DNA from: Octopus vulgaris
Taxonomy: Eukaryota
Direction of reading: 5' to 3'
NCBI GenBank assembly: GCA_951406725.2
Contig: OX597815.1
Coordinates: forward strand, 93,496,001 to 93,560,000
Length of the DNA: 64,000 nt
The notes under the pieces are model-generated. The model saw only the letters and a program-made list of their open reading frames with translations. It did not search any database and was not told the origin of the DNA. The position numbers and the translations under genes are program-made. Positions 51,360 to 64,000 of this stretch are shown piece after piece. How positions within the stretch are numbered: the first letter of the stretch is position 1; each line of letters begins with the position of its first letter.

Positions 51360-51975
51360 TCCTTCTTCTTTATAATGGAAAGGGAGTTAGAATAATGTGT
51401 GGCAATCATAGAGGTGTTGCATCAATATCAGCTGACAAGGTTCTGGCAAGTATCCTTCTTACCCACCTGAATAAACACCTCATAAATGACATCCTGTCTA
51501 AATCTCAATGTGGCTTTCTTTCTGGTAGAAGAACAATGGATATGGTTAACACAGCAAGACAGATGCAGAAGTGTTATGGGCAGAATATGGATCTTGTCTA
51601 GGTTTTCATTGATTTAATCAAAGACTTTGATATTATAAATAGGGCCTCCCTGTGGAAAATACTCAGCAAACTTGGTTGTCCAGGTCACTTTGTATTGATA
51701 GTTAAATCATTTCATGAAGTGATGGAGGCATGGGTCAATGTCAGAGGTATCGGGACACATACCTGGAGAGAATGATATCAAGCAAGGTGACATCTTTTGC
51801 TCAAGTATTTTACTGTTACTCTCACTTGTGCTTTTATTGTGGATTGCTCTTCTGGGATTTAAGTGAGGCATTGATCATCTGGTTATCTCTTCAACTTGTA
51901 TTGGTTTGCTGCCAATACGAAAGTTGTTCAGTTTCTTATTTGTGACCTTCTTCATGCTGATGATTGCAACTTGTG
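51360..51975 (+). mobile_element. RTE (BovB-like) LINE fragment, RT N-terminal part
   Basis: CGNHRGV..KVLASILLTHL..SQCGFLSGRRTMDMV..VFIDLIKDFD..LWKILSKLGCP..LLHADDC. Confidence 0.85.
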
Positions 51976-52384
51976 TATGTACATGCGAGCATACATGAGT
52001 GTGGGTGTGTGTGTGTGTATACACACGCACACACACGTTATGTATGTATGGTAAAATCCAAGCTGTGTCCTCTTGAAACGCATCTAATTATTCCAGTATT
52101 ATAATCCAGTATGTAAATGCTGTTACTGTTGCATTAATGTAAGGTATGTATTATTTCTTACAAGTTTATCTAATATATAAAACTTTGTAATTCCTATTAT
52201 CAAATGAAACATGTGTAATGATGAATAAATAATACAAAAAACTTTTCCGTCTTCTTGTTTTGTTATACACACATATATGTACACATATCTCTATACACAA
52301 ACACACACACACCCAGTTTATGGATTTCATTCTCAGATGAGAAGGCAACGAGACTCTTAGAGCTCTATAATGCAAGTGACTATA

Positions 52385-52740
52385 TGATCTCTGCAACATT
52401 AACTTCAGGAGAATAGCCAGTTACCTGATCACCTGTCAATCTGGTGAGTACACAAGCTAAATTGACTATATTCTCACCAGTGAGAGACATGTAAATGAAA
52501 TGTCCTTCTCAAGTGAACGATGTACTATCCCAGAGGTTAGTGATTACCGACTTCAGACTTAGAGCTAGAAGGAATCAGAGATACAAGCCTGTCTTGTGAA
52601 GGAAGATATAGAAGATTAAAGATCCATCAAATGGTCAGAGATTAAGAGATGTCTTAACTGAAGTATTTGACAAAAAGGAGACTGAAATATATAGCATAGG
52701 AGACAATTGGAAGTTCTACTGAGGTCTACAGACCAAATAC
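52385..52740 (+). mobile_element. RTE LINE endonuclease-region remnant
   Basis: ICNINFRRIASYLITCQSGEYTS*IDYILT matches the APE C-terminal motif (IDYIL). Confidence 0.65.
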
Positions 52741-52767
52741 ACACACATATATATCCACACATATATA

Positions 52768-54105
52768 CAGGGTGCAGATGGTATTTGTTTGCTATTTTAA
52801 ACACATTTTTTTTACTTTCATTGTCAGACTTGTTCTTTTTAAAAACAATAAGCATTTTTGCTTTATTATTTTTTTTTTTTTTCAAAATAATTGGCTATGA
52901 AAAATTTTGACCCCTCCACTGCACCAAATAGAAAAAACAAAATTTCAGACTTCCTTAGCATCACCAGAAGAATGGTGGGAAAGGTCAAAAAGAAGCTGGA
53001 AGATTTAGGATCTGACTACAAGATAACAGCAGAGAAAAAAAAACCCATGCTTGACAATCCGACACCATCAGAATACCGGAATGCATCACTGAAATCTAGA
53101 TCATCAACAATGATCCCAGCAAGCCAATGCATGCCATTGCACAGGAAAAAGGTATGGATAAAAAGCTCATCAGACTGGTAGTGCATGAGGACATTCACTA
53201 CTTTTCATATAAGATGAGGAAAGAACAATTTCTGTCCAAGGCAATGCAGGAAAAGTGACTCAAGCAGACCAAGAAGCAGATCAACAAGTTGAAACACCTG
53301 CTGGAACCAGACATGCTGTGGTTCTTCTCTGAGAAGAATTTGTGTTAAGACCAGAAGATCAACTCCAAGAACAACAGGTTTGCTGTCTCGCCTAAGGATG
53401 TGCTCGGAGTCATGCAGACAAAATTTCCAGTGACAATCATGATCTTTGGTGTCATCAGCAGTGAAGGTAATGTCGTGCCACCCAACATTTTCCCTCAGAA
53501 CCTCAGGCTGAACACTGGCAGCTACATCTGCGTTCTGAGCAAGGTAGTGAAGTCTTAGAACGACTGGGTAGCAACAAGGAGACTCTACGCCCTGCCGCAC
53601 CAGCTGGAAGACCCAGGCCTGGCTGTCAGAGAATTTCTTCAATTACACAGCACCTGACATTTGGTCTCCCAACTCGCCTGACTGCAACCCACTTGACTTC
53701 TCTATGTAGGGCACAGTTGGACAAGAGACCAACAAATTCATCTGCAACACAAAGACCCTCTAACTGAACATGCTTTGGTTTTTCTCAGATGAGAAAAATT
53801 TCTGCCAGGATCAGATGGTGAACACACAGAACAACCATTAGCTTGCCATGTCCCCAAAACCAGTCAACATCATGGTGTTTGGAGTGATCACTACAGATAG
53901 CGATGTTATGCCTCCATTCATCTTCCCACACAACCTCAGACTCAACATGGAGGCCTACATCAAGAGCTTGGAGAAGGTAATGCTGCCCTGGGTCAAGAGG
54001 GTGGCTGCTGGAAGACCCTGTGTCTGACAAAGGACTCTGCACCATGTCACACAAACAGGAGAACCCAATCATAGTCGTCAAACACTTTCTGCAACCACAT
54101 CACAC
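52768..54105 (+). mobile_element. Composite of two DD37D (maT) transposase remnants
   Basis: TA|CAGGGTGCAG left end. First copy WFFSEKN..IMIFGVISSEG..WSPNSPDCNPLD runs to about 53755. A second copy WFFSDEKNF..IMVFGVITTDSDVMPPFIF (53760-54105) is close to the 24-kb element. Confidence 0.85.
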
Positions 54106-54109
54106 CCTT

Positions 54110-55930
54110 TGTCACCTCTTTAAGATGCAGCATCTTCAAGTTACTGTCCCCATCCTTTCTTTGGTATCCCCCTTCCACAAGTTCCATTAACTGGAAACCC
54201 TTCACCACTTACTTATGCAGCAGTCATCTTCCATATGCATTACATACCTATATCAACATAGCCTAGTCCTTTGTACACAATACTTGATCCAAATTATACT
54301 CAGTTTTTCCTCAGTTCATTTGCACTCAGGTGTTTATGCAAACTAACATGACAAACCCAACAGAGCATGCTTGCCTCATTTCTTCCTAACTTTCTTTATT
54401 AGAGACCCATGTCTCACTGCCATGCAGCATAGCAGCTCTAACACAAATATCACATCTATCCTTCACTCAGTGGGAAAAGACCTTTGCAGTCTGCAGAGCT
54501 GTAACTCAGTGAATTTTTCCCAACTCATTCTGGATACTACCTTTTCTGAACAACTATGACACTTGTTGATTATGGCACCTAGGAAACAGAATTTATCAAC
54601 TACTTTCAGCAAGCCATTAAAGAGCATCTATTTCCGGTGTGTTCTTAGTACGTACTACTCCAGTGCATCTGCCAAATACAAAGCAAGCTTTCTTTGTTAG
54701 CCTACTTGTTACCCATAACATCTCTTGCATGACCATAGATTACATTGAGTTCAGCAGATAGAGTTTATACCAACATCTTTTCTGCATGCCAAGCATAGCC
54801 ATTTTCCTGATGGTACCAGGGATCTGTTTTCTTTCTGACGTATTTCCAGGTCATCACAGTCTGAGAATTCCCATATGCTGATGATCTAGTTCTTATAACT
54901 GAATTTATAGTGGAATTAGAGAAGAAATTCCAGTCATGGAAGCAAAATCTGAAATTAAGAAACCTTAAGCAAAGACTGAGTCACAAGTATTTCATCATCA
55001 TCATCACCATTAACCTCATGGATGTTATTTGCTAAGTTTGCTCCTATCTTAGTCTTTGCTAAGTTTACCCTTAAGGCTTCTACAATTCCAGGTGTTGCTT
55101 CCTTGAATGGAATTTCTCTAATTCCACCCTATAACTAGATAATCAGCATAAAGGAGTTCCTTTGGACATCCAGCCTTAAACTCATCTGTGATGGCTAATA
55201 AGATTATGATGAATGGGAGAGGGCTGAGGACTGAGCCTTGACAGACTCCTATCTTCACACTAAATTTCTCAATGAACATACTACTGACTCTACTTACAAT
55301 ACCTTTGCACACAGATTGGACAACCCAAACAAGCTATTCATCAATACCTAATTTCCTCAGTGACCACCCGATTACAGAGTATGGCACCCTATCAAAGCCT
55401 TCTCCAAATCAATGAATACCAGACAGCAGCTTACTCTTCGCTAAGTATTTCCCCTGTAGTTGTCTTACAAGGAAGATTGTATTTGTGATAACTTCTTCCA
55501 AGCATGAAACCAAACTACATTTCATCTAAACTATCTCGGATCAATTGTGCTGTGACTTTCTGTGACATCCACAGCCTAATTTGATGCCTCTATAATTTCT
55601 TCTTTCTAAAGCATTTCCTTTAACCTCCTACCAGTTAACAACAATCCACTATGCCAGTCATTTGAGTATAACACTTTGCTGTATAGCTTGATTCAAGCAA
55701 CTATCATGGCGACTATCAGGCAACTACCATGTATCCTATCATTAATCATTTTATCTACCACACTACTGTCAACCTGAATTATTGGGCCCTAAGTTAGGTC
55801 AGAATGAGGTAGCCCCCTCTTTATTCTACACATTCTCCATAGTCAAGCTCTCATAACAGTATTTCCAAGTCTCCTTCCTATCACCAGCAACAATGGTAAG
55901 TGCGACTTTCATTTTTGTAGACAGACTTCT
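54110..55930 (-). mobile_element. RTE LINE, degenerate, with a short plus-strand RT island at about 54860-54980
   Basis: ORF 55118-55312: FSVKIGVCQGSVLSPLPFII..ELLYADYLV. Upstream NYRGIKL..VGFMLGR..FIDLEKA. The island reads YADDLVLITE. Confidence 0.8.
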
Positions 55931-56196
55931 CCCCTATATATATATATATATATATCATCATCACCATCATGATAATTTTAACAGACAGAGTTTAGCGAGG
56001 CATATTTTTTTCTATGGCTGGATACCCTTCATGTTACCAACTCACACGATTCCAAGCTAGGTAATATTCCTTCATGGCCAGACATGTTCTCAGAATATTG
56101 AAAATGAATGACACTGCTTGACAATTATTTAGCAACTATCAGGCAATGTCAAGACAAGGAGATACAAATATACATGCATTCATATACATACATTGA

Positions 56197-56197
<1 letters not shown>

Positions 56198-56275
<78 letters not shown>
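56198..56275. repeat. (TA)n microsatellite
   Basis: Directly visible. Confidence 0.97.
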
Positions 56276-56276
<1 letters not shown>

Positions 56277-57459
56277 TCATTCACACACACAAAGGGCTTT
56301 TCTCATTTTCCAACTGCCAAATCCACTCACAACCCTTTGGTCAGCCCACAGCTATAGTACAAGACACTTGCCCAAGATGCCACACAGTAGGTCTGAACAC
56401 AGACCCATGTGATTGGGAGCCATAACATCATGTACCCAACAGGATTGGAGATGAATTTCTTTGCCAGTCCTGGACTTATAAGCTCATGGCATGCTCCCAA
56501 CAAAGCTACAAAAATGGCAGTCTTGCTTGTCCATGATTCTAAGGTGATTTTACACCTGTTACTTTGAGAGAGTATTCTCCACTATGCCAAGCAGCTTATT
56601 GGCAAATGCATGAAGCATGTGCATTAAGTATATGTGGTTGATAATATATATGTATATATAAAATGCATATTCCTGCAATAGTTTGGCATCCCATCCAAAG
56701 GAATATATACACCACAGAATCCAGGAAGATGGCTTATGAACCTATGACTCGAGAAGGACCTTTGATCCTTATTTTTGATAAATGCTATTACATATACATG
56801 CATATACAAATACTCATACATATCTACATGCACACACACTCATACATGTGTGTATATATATATGCAAATACATATAACTTCATCAGTCTTATCATTATAT
56901 AATGTCCATTTTCCATGTTGGCATGGGTTGGATGGTTTGACCAGAGCTGTATCAGTCTGATTTGGCTTGGTTTCTACAGCCAATCACTTTACAGAGTGTG
57001 ATGGGTGCTTTTTACATGGACTAGCACAAGTGCTATTTACGTGAACCAGTATGGATGCCTTGTATGTGGACCAACATGTTTTTTACATATACACACATAC
57101 ATATGTATATACACAAACATATATATGTATACATACATATGAACACACACACATAAATACATCCACCCCTTTAACCCTACCAAATTTCTATAGTTGTCAC
57201 CTACTCTTCCTGACACTATCTACTTATTAGCCCTCAACAACCATCTCCCTTATTCTGGCAACCTCTACCCACAATGCACCCTGGTCTCCTGATCCCATTC
57301 ACTTTTATTCACCTTGTTTGTTGAGTGGCCACCTTGACACCTTATCATCACTATTTTTATCTCTTTCCAACTCTACCTGGGCCACTCCCATCTACTTTTC
57401 TATATTGTGGGTAGCCATGTAGAAACCAGTAAGAAACCTGTTCTGACCCCTTCCCTCAG

Positions 57460-58510
57460 ACTTTAAGAGATGGTAGACAAACGTATAAGGTACAATCTAT
57501 ATATACAGGTGCTGTCATTATGGTGAATGTTAATGAGTACAGCAATCAATTTAGTGTGCAGGTAGAAATTCATCAGAGTTTAGTTCTCAGACATTTGCTA
57601 TTCATCAAAGTCCTTCAGGCCATAACAAAGGAAATTAAGACTGACTGCTCACATGAACCCTTTTATGTTGACGACCTTGTTTTTATAGCTGAATCTGTAG
57701 TAGAATTAGAAAATAACTTCCAAATGTGGAAGTAAGACCTGAAATCAACTTAGCCAAGACCAACGGTTTAGTAAGTAGGAAAATAGACAGATCCCTGCTC
57801 TCATTAGAGAAATGGCTTTGCTCAATATGTAGGAAAGGAGTTGCTACAAAATGCTAACCATGGACACACAAGAGATGCAGAGGTATTACAGGTTATTAGA
57901 GAAAGTGGACCTTATATATGACAGATGCTGAGGAGCAATAATCACTAAAAGCACACAGGAAATAGGTTTTCTGGAATGCCCAGGAGGATCCCTCAAGGTA
58001 GTAGATAGCTTCTGATACCCAGGTTACCTAATTAGCAGTGAAGGAGTACATTCTGAAAGTATAGAATAGGTTGGAGAAAGATCAGATAATTTTTATTTCT
58101 GTTAACAGGTTTCTCAGAGCAAAAAGTAGATTGTATGATGCTTGTGTATGAACTACACTGCTATATGATAGTGAAGCATGAGCCCTAAATACAAAGGACT
58201 TGAGAAAACTAAAAAAGAAATGAAGTTAGTACACTCTGTTAGATGTGCAACATACATATGCATGAACAACAAAGTACAAATGTGTTGAGGAGGAAATGTA
58301 CAAGAAAGACAGTTGCACATATGATGAGTATGGATGACAACAGCTGTATAAAACAGTGCTGGACATGAAGTTAATGGAGTTGTGGAAGAGGAAAATCCAG
58401 GAATATAGAGGACAAAATGGTTAAGGCTTATCTCAGAACTTTGAACTTCATGGAGATGATGAAAAACCATGATGATGGAGATATATGGTGTTTAAGAAGG
58501 ATGACCCATA
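57460..58510 (+). mobile_element. RTE LINE 3' half, degenerate
   Basis: QFSVQVEIHQSLVL..LFIKVLQAITKE..YVDDLVFIAESVVELENNFQMWK and downstream ORF2 C-terminal remnants. Confidence 0.8.
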
Positions 58511-58571
58511 TCAATGAAACTGATATTCTGTATTTTGAAACAATAGTGCGTTTGTGTATATACATACAAAC

Positions 58572-58602
<31 letters not shown>

Positions 58603-60740
58603 AAGATATATATATATATATATATGCATATATACATGCACAAATCTGCTCCCTCACTGATTTCCTACTCAAACCCTTCCCACCCATCATTGATCCTTTC
58701 ATTGCCTGCATAACAACAGCATTCTGCTGTTCTACAAGATCAGAACCACATATTTCATCTTTTTCTGTGATACCAGTTATCTTTATCACTTCCCAAAACT
58801 ACTTCATTTTGGCATCCATCCATAATTCTTATTATTGTCACTCTCCACTTAGATTTTACACTGATCATGCTTCTGTGCTACCAAATTATCTCACCTTCTT
58901 AACCACCATGCATCAATCACTCTCTGCATGTGCGACATTTGCCTCTTCCTTCACTCTCATACAATATACTCACACATGCATCTTCTCCCTTACTCTCTCA
59001 TCCTTCCCCTATTGTTATTCTTCTACTCTTCACCTCCTTCTGTACAATCAGTCATCAACTACTCTTCCCTACCTTTCCCCAACTCATATGTACCACTAGT
59101 CACGCCTCTGCTTTTGTCCACCATTCACTGCATCCACCCCTCACTCCTACCAAACCTTTAGTCATCACCACCTAGTCTTCCTATTTTCCCTCCAATGCAT
59201 ATTTATCATTTAACCATCCTTCACACTCCCTTTAAACTCTTGCAACTTCTACACACCTTCACTCCCTATTTTGTTTCCACTCACTTCTATTCACCTTGTA
59301 ACTTCAAAGTCCACCCTGACACTTCATCACTATTCTATCTTCCACCTCAAGTTACTTCCTGCCCATTCTTCTATAATTTGAGTTACCATGTAATTACTCT
59401 GCAACAAGGAAACCTGTTTGGCCTTGGCCCCTTTTTCATACTTTAGCTTCTTACTGCCAAGTCCAAAGCTATCTTCCTCCATTGTGAACCAAAGAAGCCA
59501 TGCTGAAGCAGCGACAATGCAGTCAGATTTATCAGACCATGACACACTATCTTCCATGCCAGCATGGCTATTAAAAGATGATAATGACAGTATATACATA
59601 TACACACATATACAACTGAAAACATTTTTCAATTATCTACTCACGCACGCACGACAGAAGCCCAAATACAAACCTGGAAGTACATATAATACTACTACTG
59701 GATAGCACAGGGTGAAATCTGAAGGTGGACGAGCTTTATACTGTACTCTATAAAAATCCTGCCAAAACAGTCACAGAAGTCTGGTGCATCTTCTACCCAG
59801 CCAGCCCCTGTCAAACCGTCCCACCCATGCCAGCATGGAAGGCAGATGTTGTTAAACGATGATGATGATGATGATATATATATATATGTATATATATATT
59901 CATTACTTGTGATGGGACCAGTATTAGTTCAAATTAGCAATCTGTATATCATACTTAAAGCATATATACTTTTGAAAGCCTACTAAACTGCAATATTCAT
60001 CTTCAAGAAGCACCTCTTACGGACATGTAATGTTAAAAAGCACAGAAATATATTAGTTGCCTGGGGAAAATGCCCAACCACAACAGTAGCATTATTAATT
60101 CAGGATTTTTACTTTTCTAAGCTTCATTAGTAGCAAGTATTTACTGGTATCAAATGTCAAGTGGAAATCAGCCCCTATCTGATATAGTTAAACACTGAAA
60201 GGTTGCCTGATGTATTTTTGCACTTTTTAATGCTATGTGTGTATATGAGACACTTCCTTGAGACAAGCACCACAGTTTATTGGGCTTTCAACAGTATATA
60301 CATACTCTAAATGTGACTTCAGTGACCTTTCAATCAGTTTAACTATATCAGCTAATACCCAACCAATTTTGGTTGTGATGTTTACGGTACTTACTACTGA
60401 TGAACATCAAAAAAGTAGAAATCCAGATTTAAGAAAACTACTACCATTGTTGGGTGAATTTCAACTGCTGATGTACTTCTATGTTTTTTAACACCATATG
60501 TCTATAAGAGATGCTTTCTTGAGACAAATACCAGTTTGGAAGGCTTGAATAGTATATATGCTTTAAGTATGATATACAAATCACATACAAAAATGCTTTA
60601 AATATATTTTTTTAAAGTCAAAACAATGCAAGTTATAAAAAATTAATAATACAGGTTGACGGTTAGGATATTTATAGAGAAAAGGCATTGACTCCTGATT
60701 TCTCTGCTCTATAGTGTGCTTGTGAGTGTGTATGTATATA

Positions 60741-61619
60741 CGAGGCCTGATCAATAAGTATCCAGACTGTTGCCATAGTAATGAATCTAAAGCATACAGA
60801 GTGAAGCTGCTTGGCACAGATTGACCTTGAACTCTGCTGCACATGCACACTAAGTTTTAACCTTCTAGCTCACTTCCGCTATTTACAGCAGTACTTGGAA
60901 GGAAAGTGTGTAGTGTGTGACCATAACAGAGAAAGTTGTTATGGCGATACCTGCTCAGGGGTCTACACAAGTTGCAGAAAGTGTATGGAGAGGAATGTAT
61001 GAGCCACACGTAAGTGTACGAGTGGTTTGGACGTTTCCAAGATGGCCGAAATAATGTTGATATTGACGAACATTCTGAGAGACCCACAACCAGCAGAACC
61101 GACAAAAACATCACAGATGTGCATGCAGCTGTGAGGGGAAATCATCGAATCACCATCCGTGAGTTATCAGAGGATGTGCAGATTAGTTATGGTTCAGTTT
61201 AATCCATTATCACTGAAGATTTGGGTACGAGACACTTGTCTGCCAAGTTTGTGCCAAAACTGCTTTCAGCTAACTAAAAAGACATTCAGGTTTCAGTTGC
61301 ACAAGTTTCTGATTGTGTCAAGAACAATGAAAACTTTCTGAAAACTTTGCGTGGGTCTCTGAACAAGTATCACCAAGCTTTTGGCAAAATTTGATGCAGA
61401 TTCGCTGCTCAACTTTCTCTGTCATGGTCAATGTGACAATTACACACTACACACCTTCTTTTCAAGCACTGTTGTAAACAGCAGAAGTGTGCTAGAATGT
61501 TAAAACTTAGTGCACATGCACAGCAGAGTTTATGGTCAATTTGTGTCAAGCAGCTTCACTCTCCATGCTTTAGCTTCATTACTATAGCAACAGTCCAGAT
61601 ACTTATTGATCAAACCACA
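60741..61619 (+). mobile_element. Non-autonomous mariner derivative with two left ends (long inverted arms)
   Basis: TA|CGAGGCCTGATCAATAAGTATCCAGACTG ... CAGTCCAGATACTTATTGATCAAACCACA|TA. Centre encodes HTH (VYEWFGRFQDGR..RITIRELSE..AKFVPKLL). The right arm is an inverted copy of the 5' end including the ORF start MTEKVEQRICIKFCQKLG (61425 downward). Confidence 0.9.
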
Positions 61620-61654
61620 TATTCACACACACATATAGACACATACATTTATAT

Positions 61655-62075
61655 ATCATCATTTAATATTTGTTTCCCATGCTGGCATGGGTTGGACTGT
61701 TTTACAGGTGCTAGCAAATCAGAGGACTGCACCAACCTCCAGGAAAGAAATGAAGCAAGCATGCTCTGTTGGATGTGCAATGTAAGTTGTGCATCGAGGC
61801 CTGTACAAATGTGTTGAGAGAAAAACTGGGCATAAGAGGAATTAGATACAGTGTACTAGTATGTGTATGGATGAAGACAGTTCTATAAAGAAGCACTGAT
61901 CACAATGTGGATGGAGCTTTTGGAAGAGGGGAGACCCAGAAAAACAGGATGAAGAGGTGAAGGCTGATCTCAGGACTTTAAACTTCAGAGGTGACGTCAA
62001 AGGATCAGGATGACTGCCAACATGTGGTTCTTGGGAAGGCTTACCCACCTCGACAAAGCTGGAGTTCAGGTAGAG
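61655..62075. mobile_element. SINE tail (minus) joined to RTE 3' fragment (plus)
   Basis: CATCATTTAATATTTGTTTCCCATGCTGGCATGGG, then LQERNEASMLCWMCNVS..LREKLGIRGI..GRGRPRK. Confidence 0.7.
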
Positions 62076-62092
62076 CTGTGTGTGTATGTGCA

Positions 62093-64000
<1,908 letters not shown>

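Noticed and set aside
58640-59500. Cluster of overlapping 77-110 aa ORFs
   Set aside because: C/T-rich low-complexity degenerate repeat sequence with few stops and no protein motif.

Overview
AT-rich animal genomic DNA, most likely an octopus or other coleoid cephalopod (inferred from the tRNA-derived SINE families with (GAT)n tails and the dense TA/CA/GA microsatellites). No prokaryotic or viral system is present. The main host feature, missed by the ORF track, is a minus-strand spliced gene. Four small GT-AG exons (17889-17965 coding, 7926-7989, 5744-5792, 336-386) join in phase to give MNKGYIHIYCHCKIRSIIYSDCRRERRNNEFLIRYEENIEVSVQYNTFEETKIISITCSLQQTAQHPAKELFGLAALLYE. From recall this resembles the N-terminal PH-like domain of the deubiquitinase USP37; the gene continues past base 1. 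A CpG-retaining domain at about 42.9-46.7 kb, with E2F-like and CRE-like motifs at about 46035-46049, is the likely promoter. The rest is transposon-derived: a GC-rich near-full-length Tc1 (DD34E), a full-length mariner (DD34D), DD37D/maT remnants, a two-left-end mariner derivative, Tigger remnants, piggyBac-type and hAT MITEs, two non-autonomous Helitrons, RTE and CR1/Jockey-group LINE fragments, many SINEs, and a (TA)n tract over 1.8 kb at the right end. I found no convincing new biological system. The best leads are the hidden USP37-like gene and its coding-region hairpin, the possibly horizontally acquired Tc1, and several fold-back structures that could form dsRNA in the pre-mRNA. All identifications were made by eye, without database searches.
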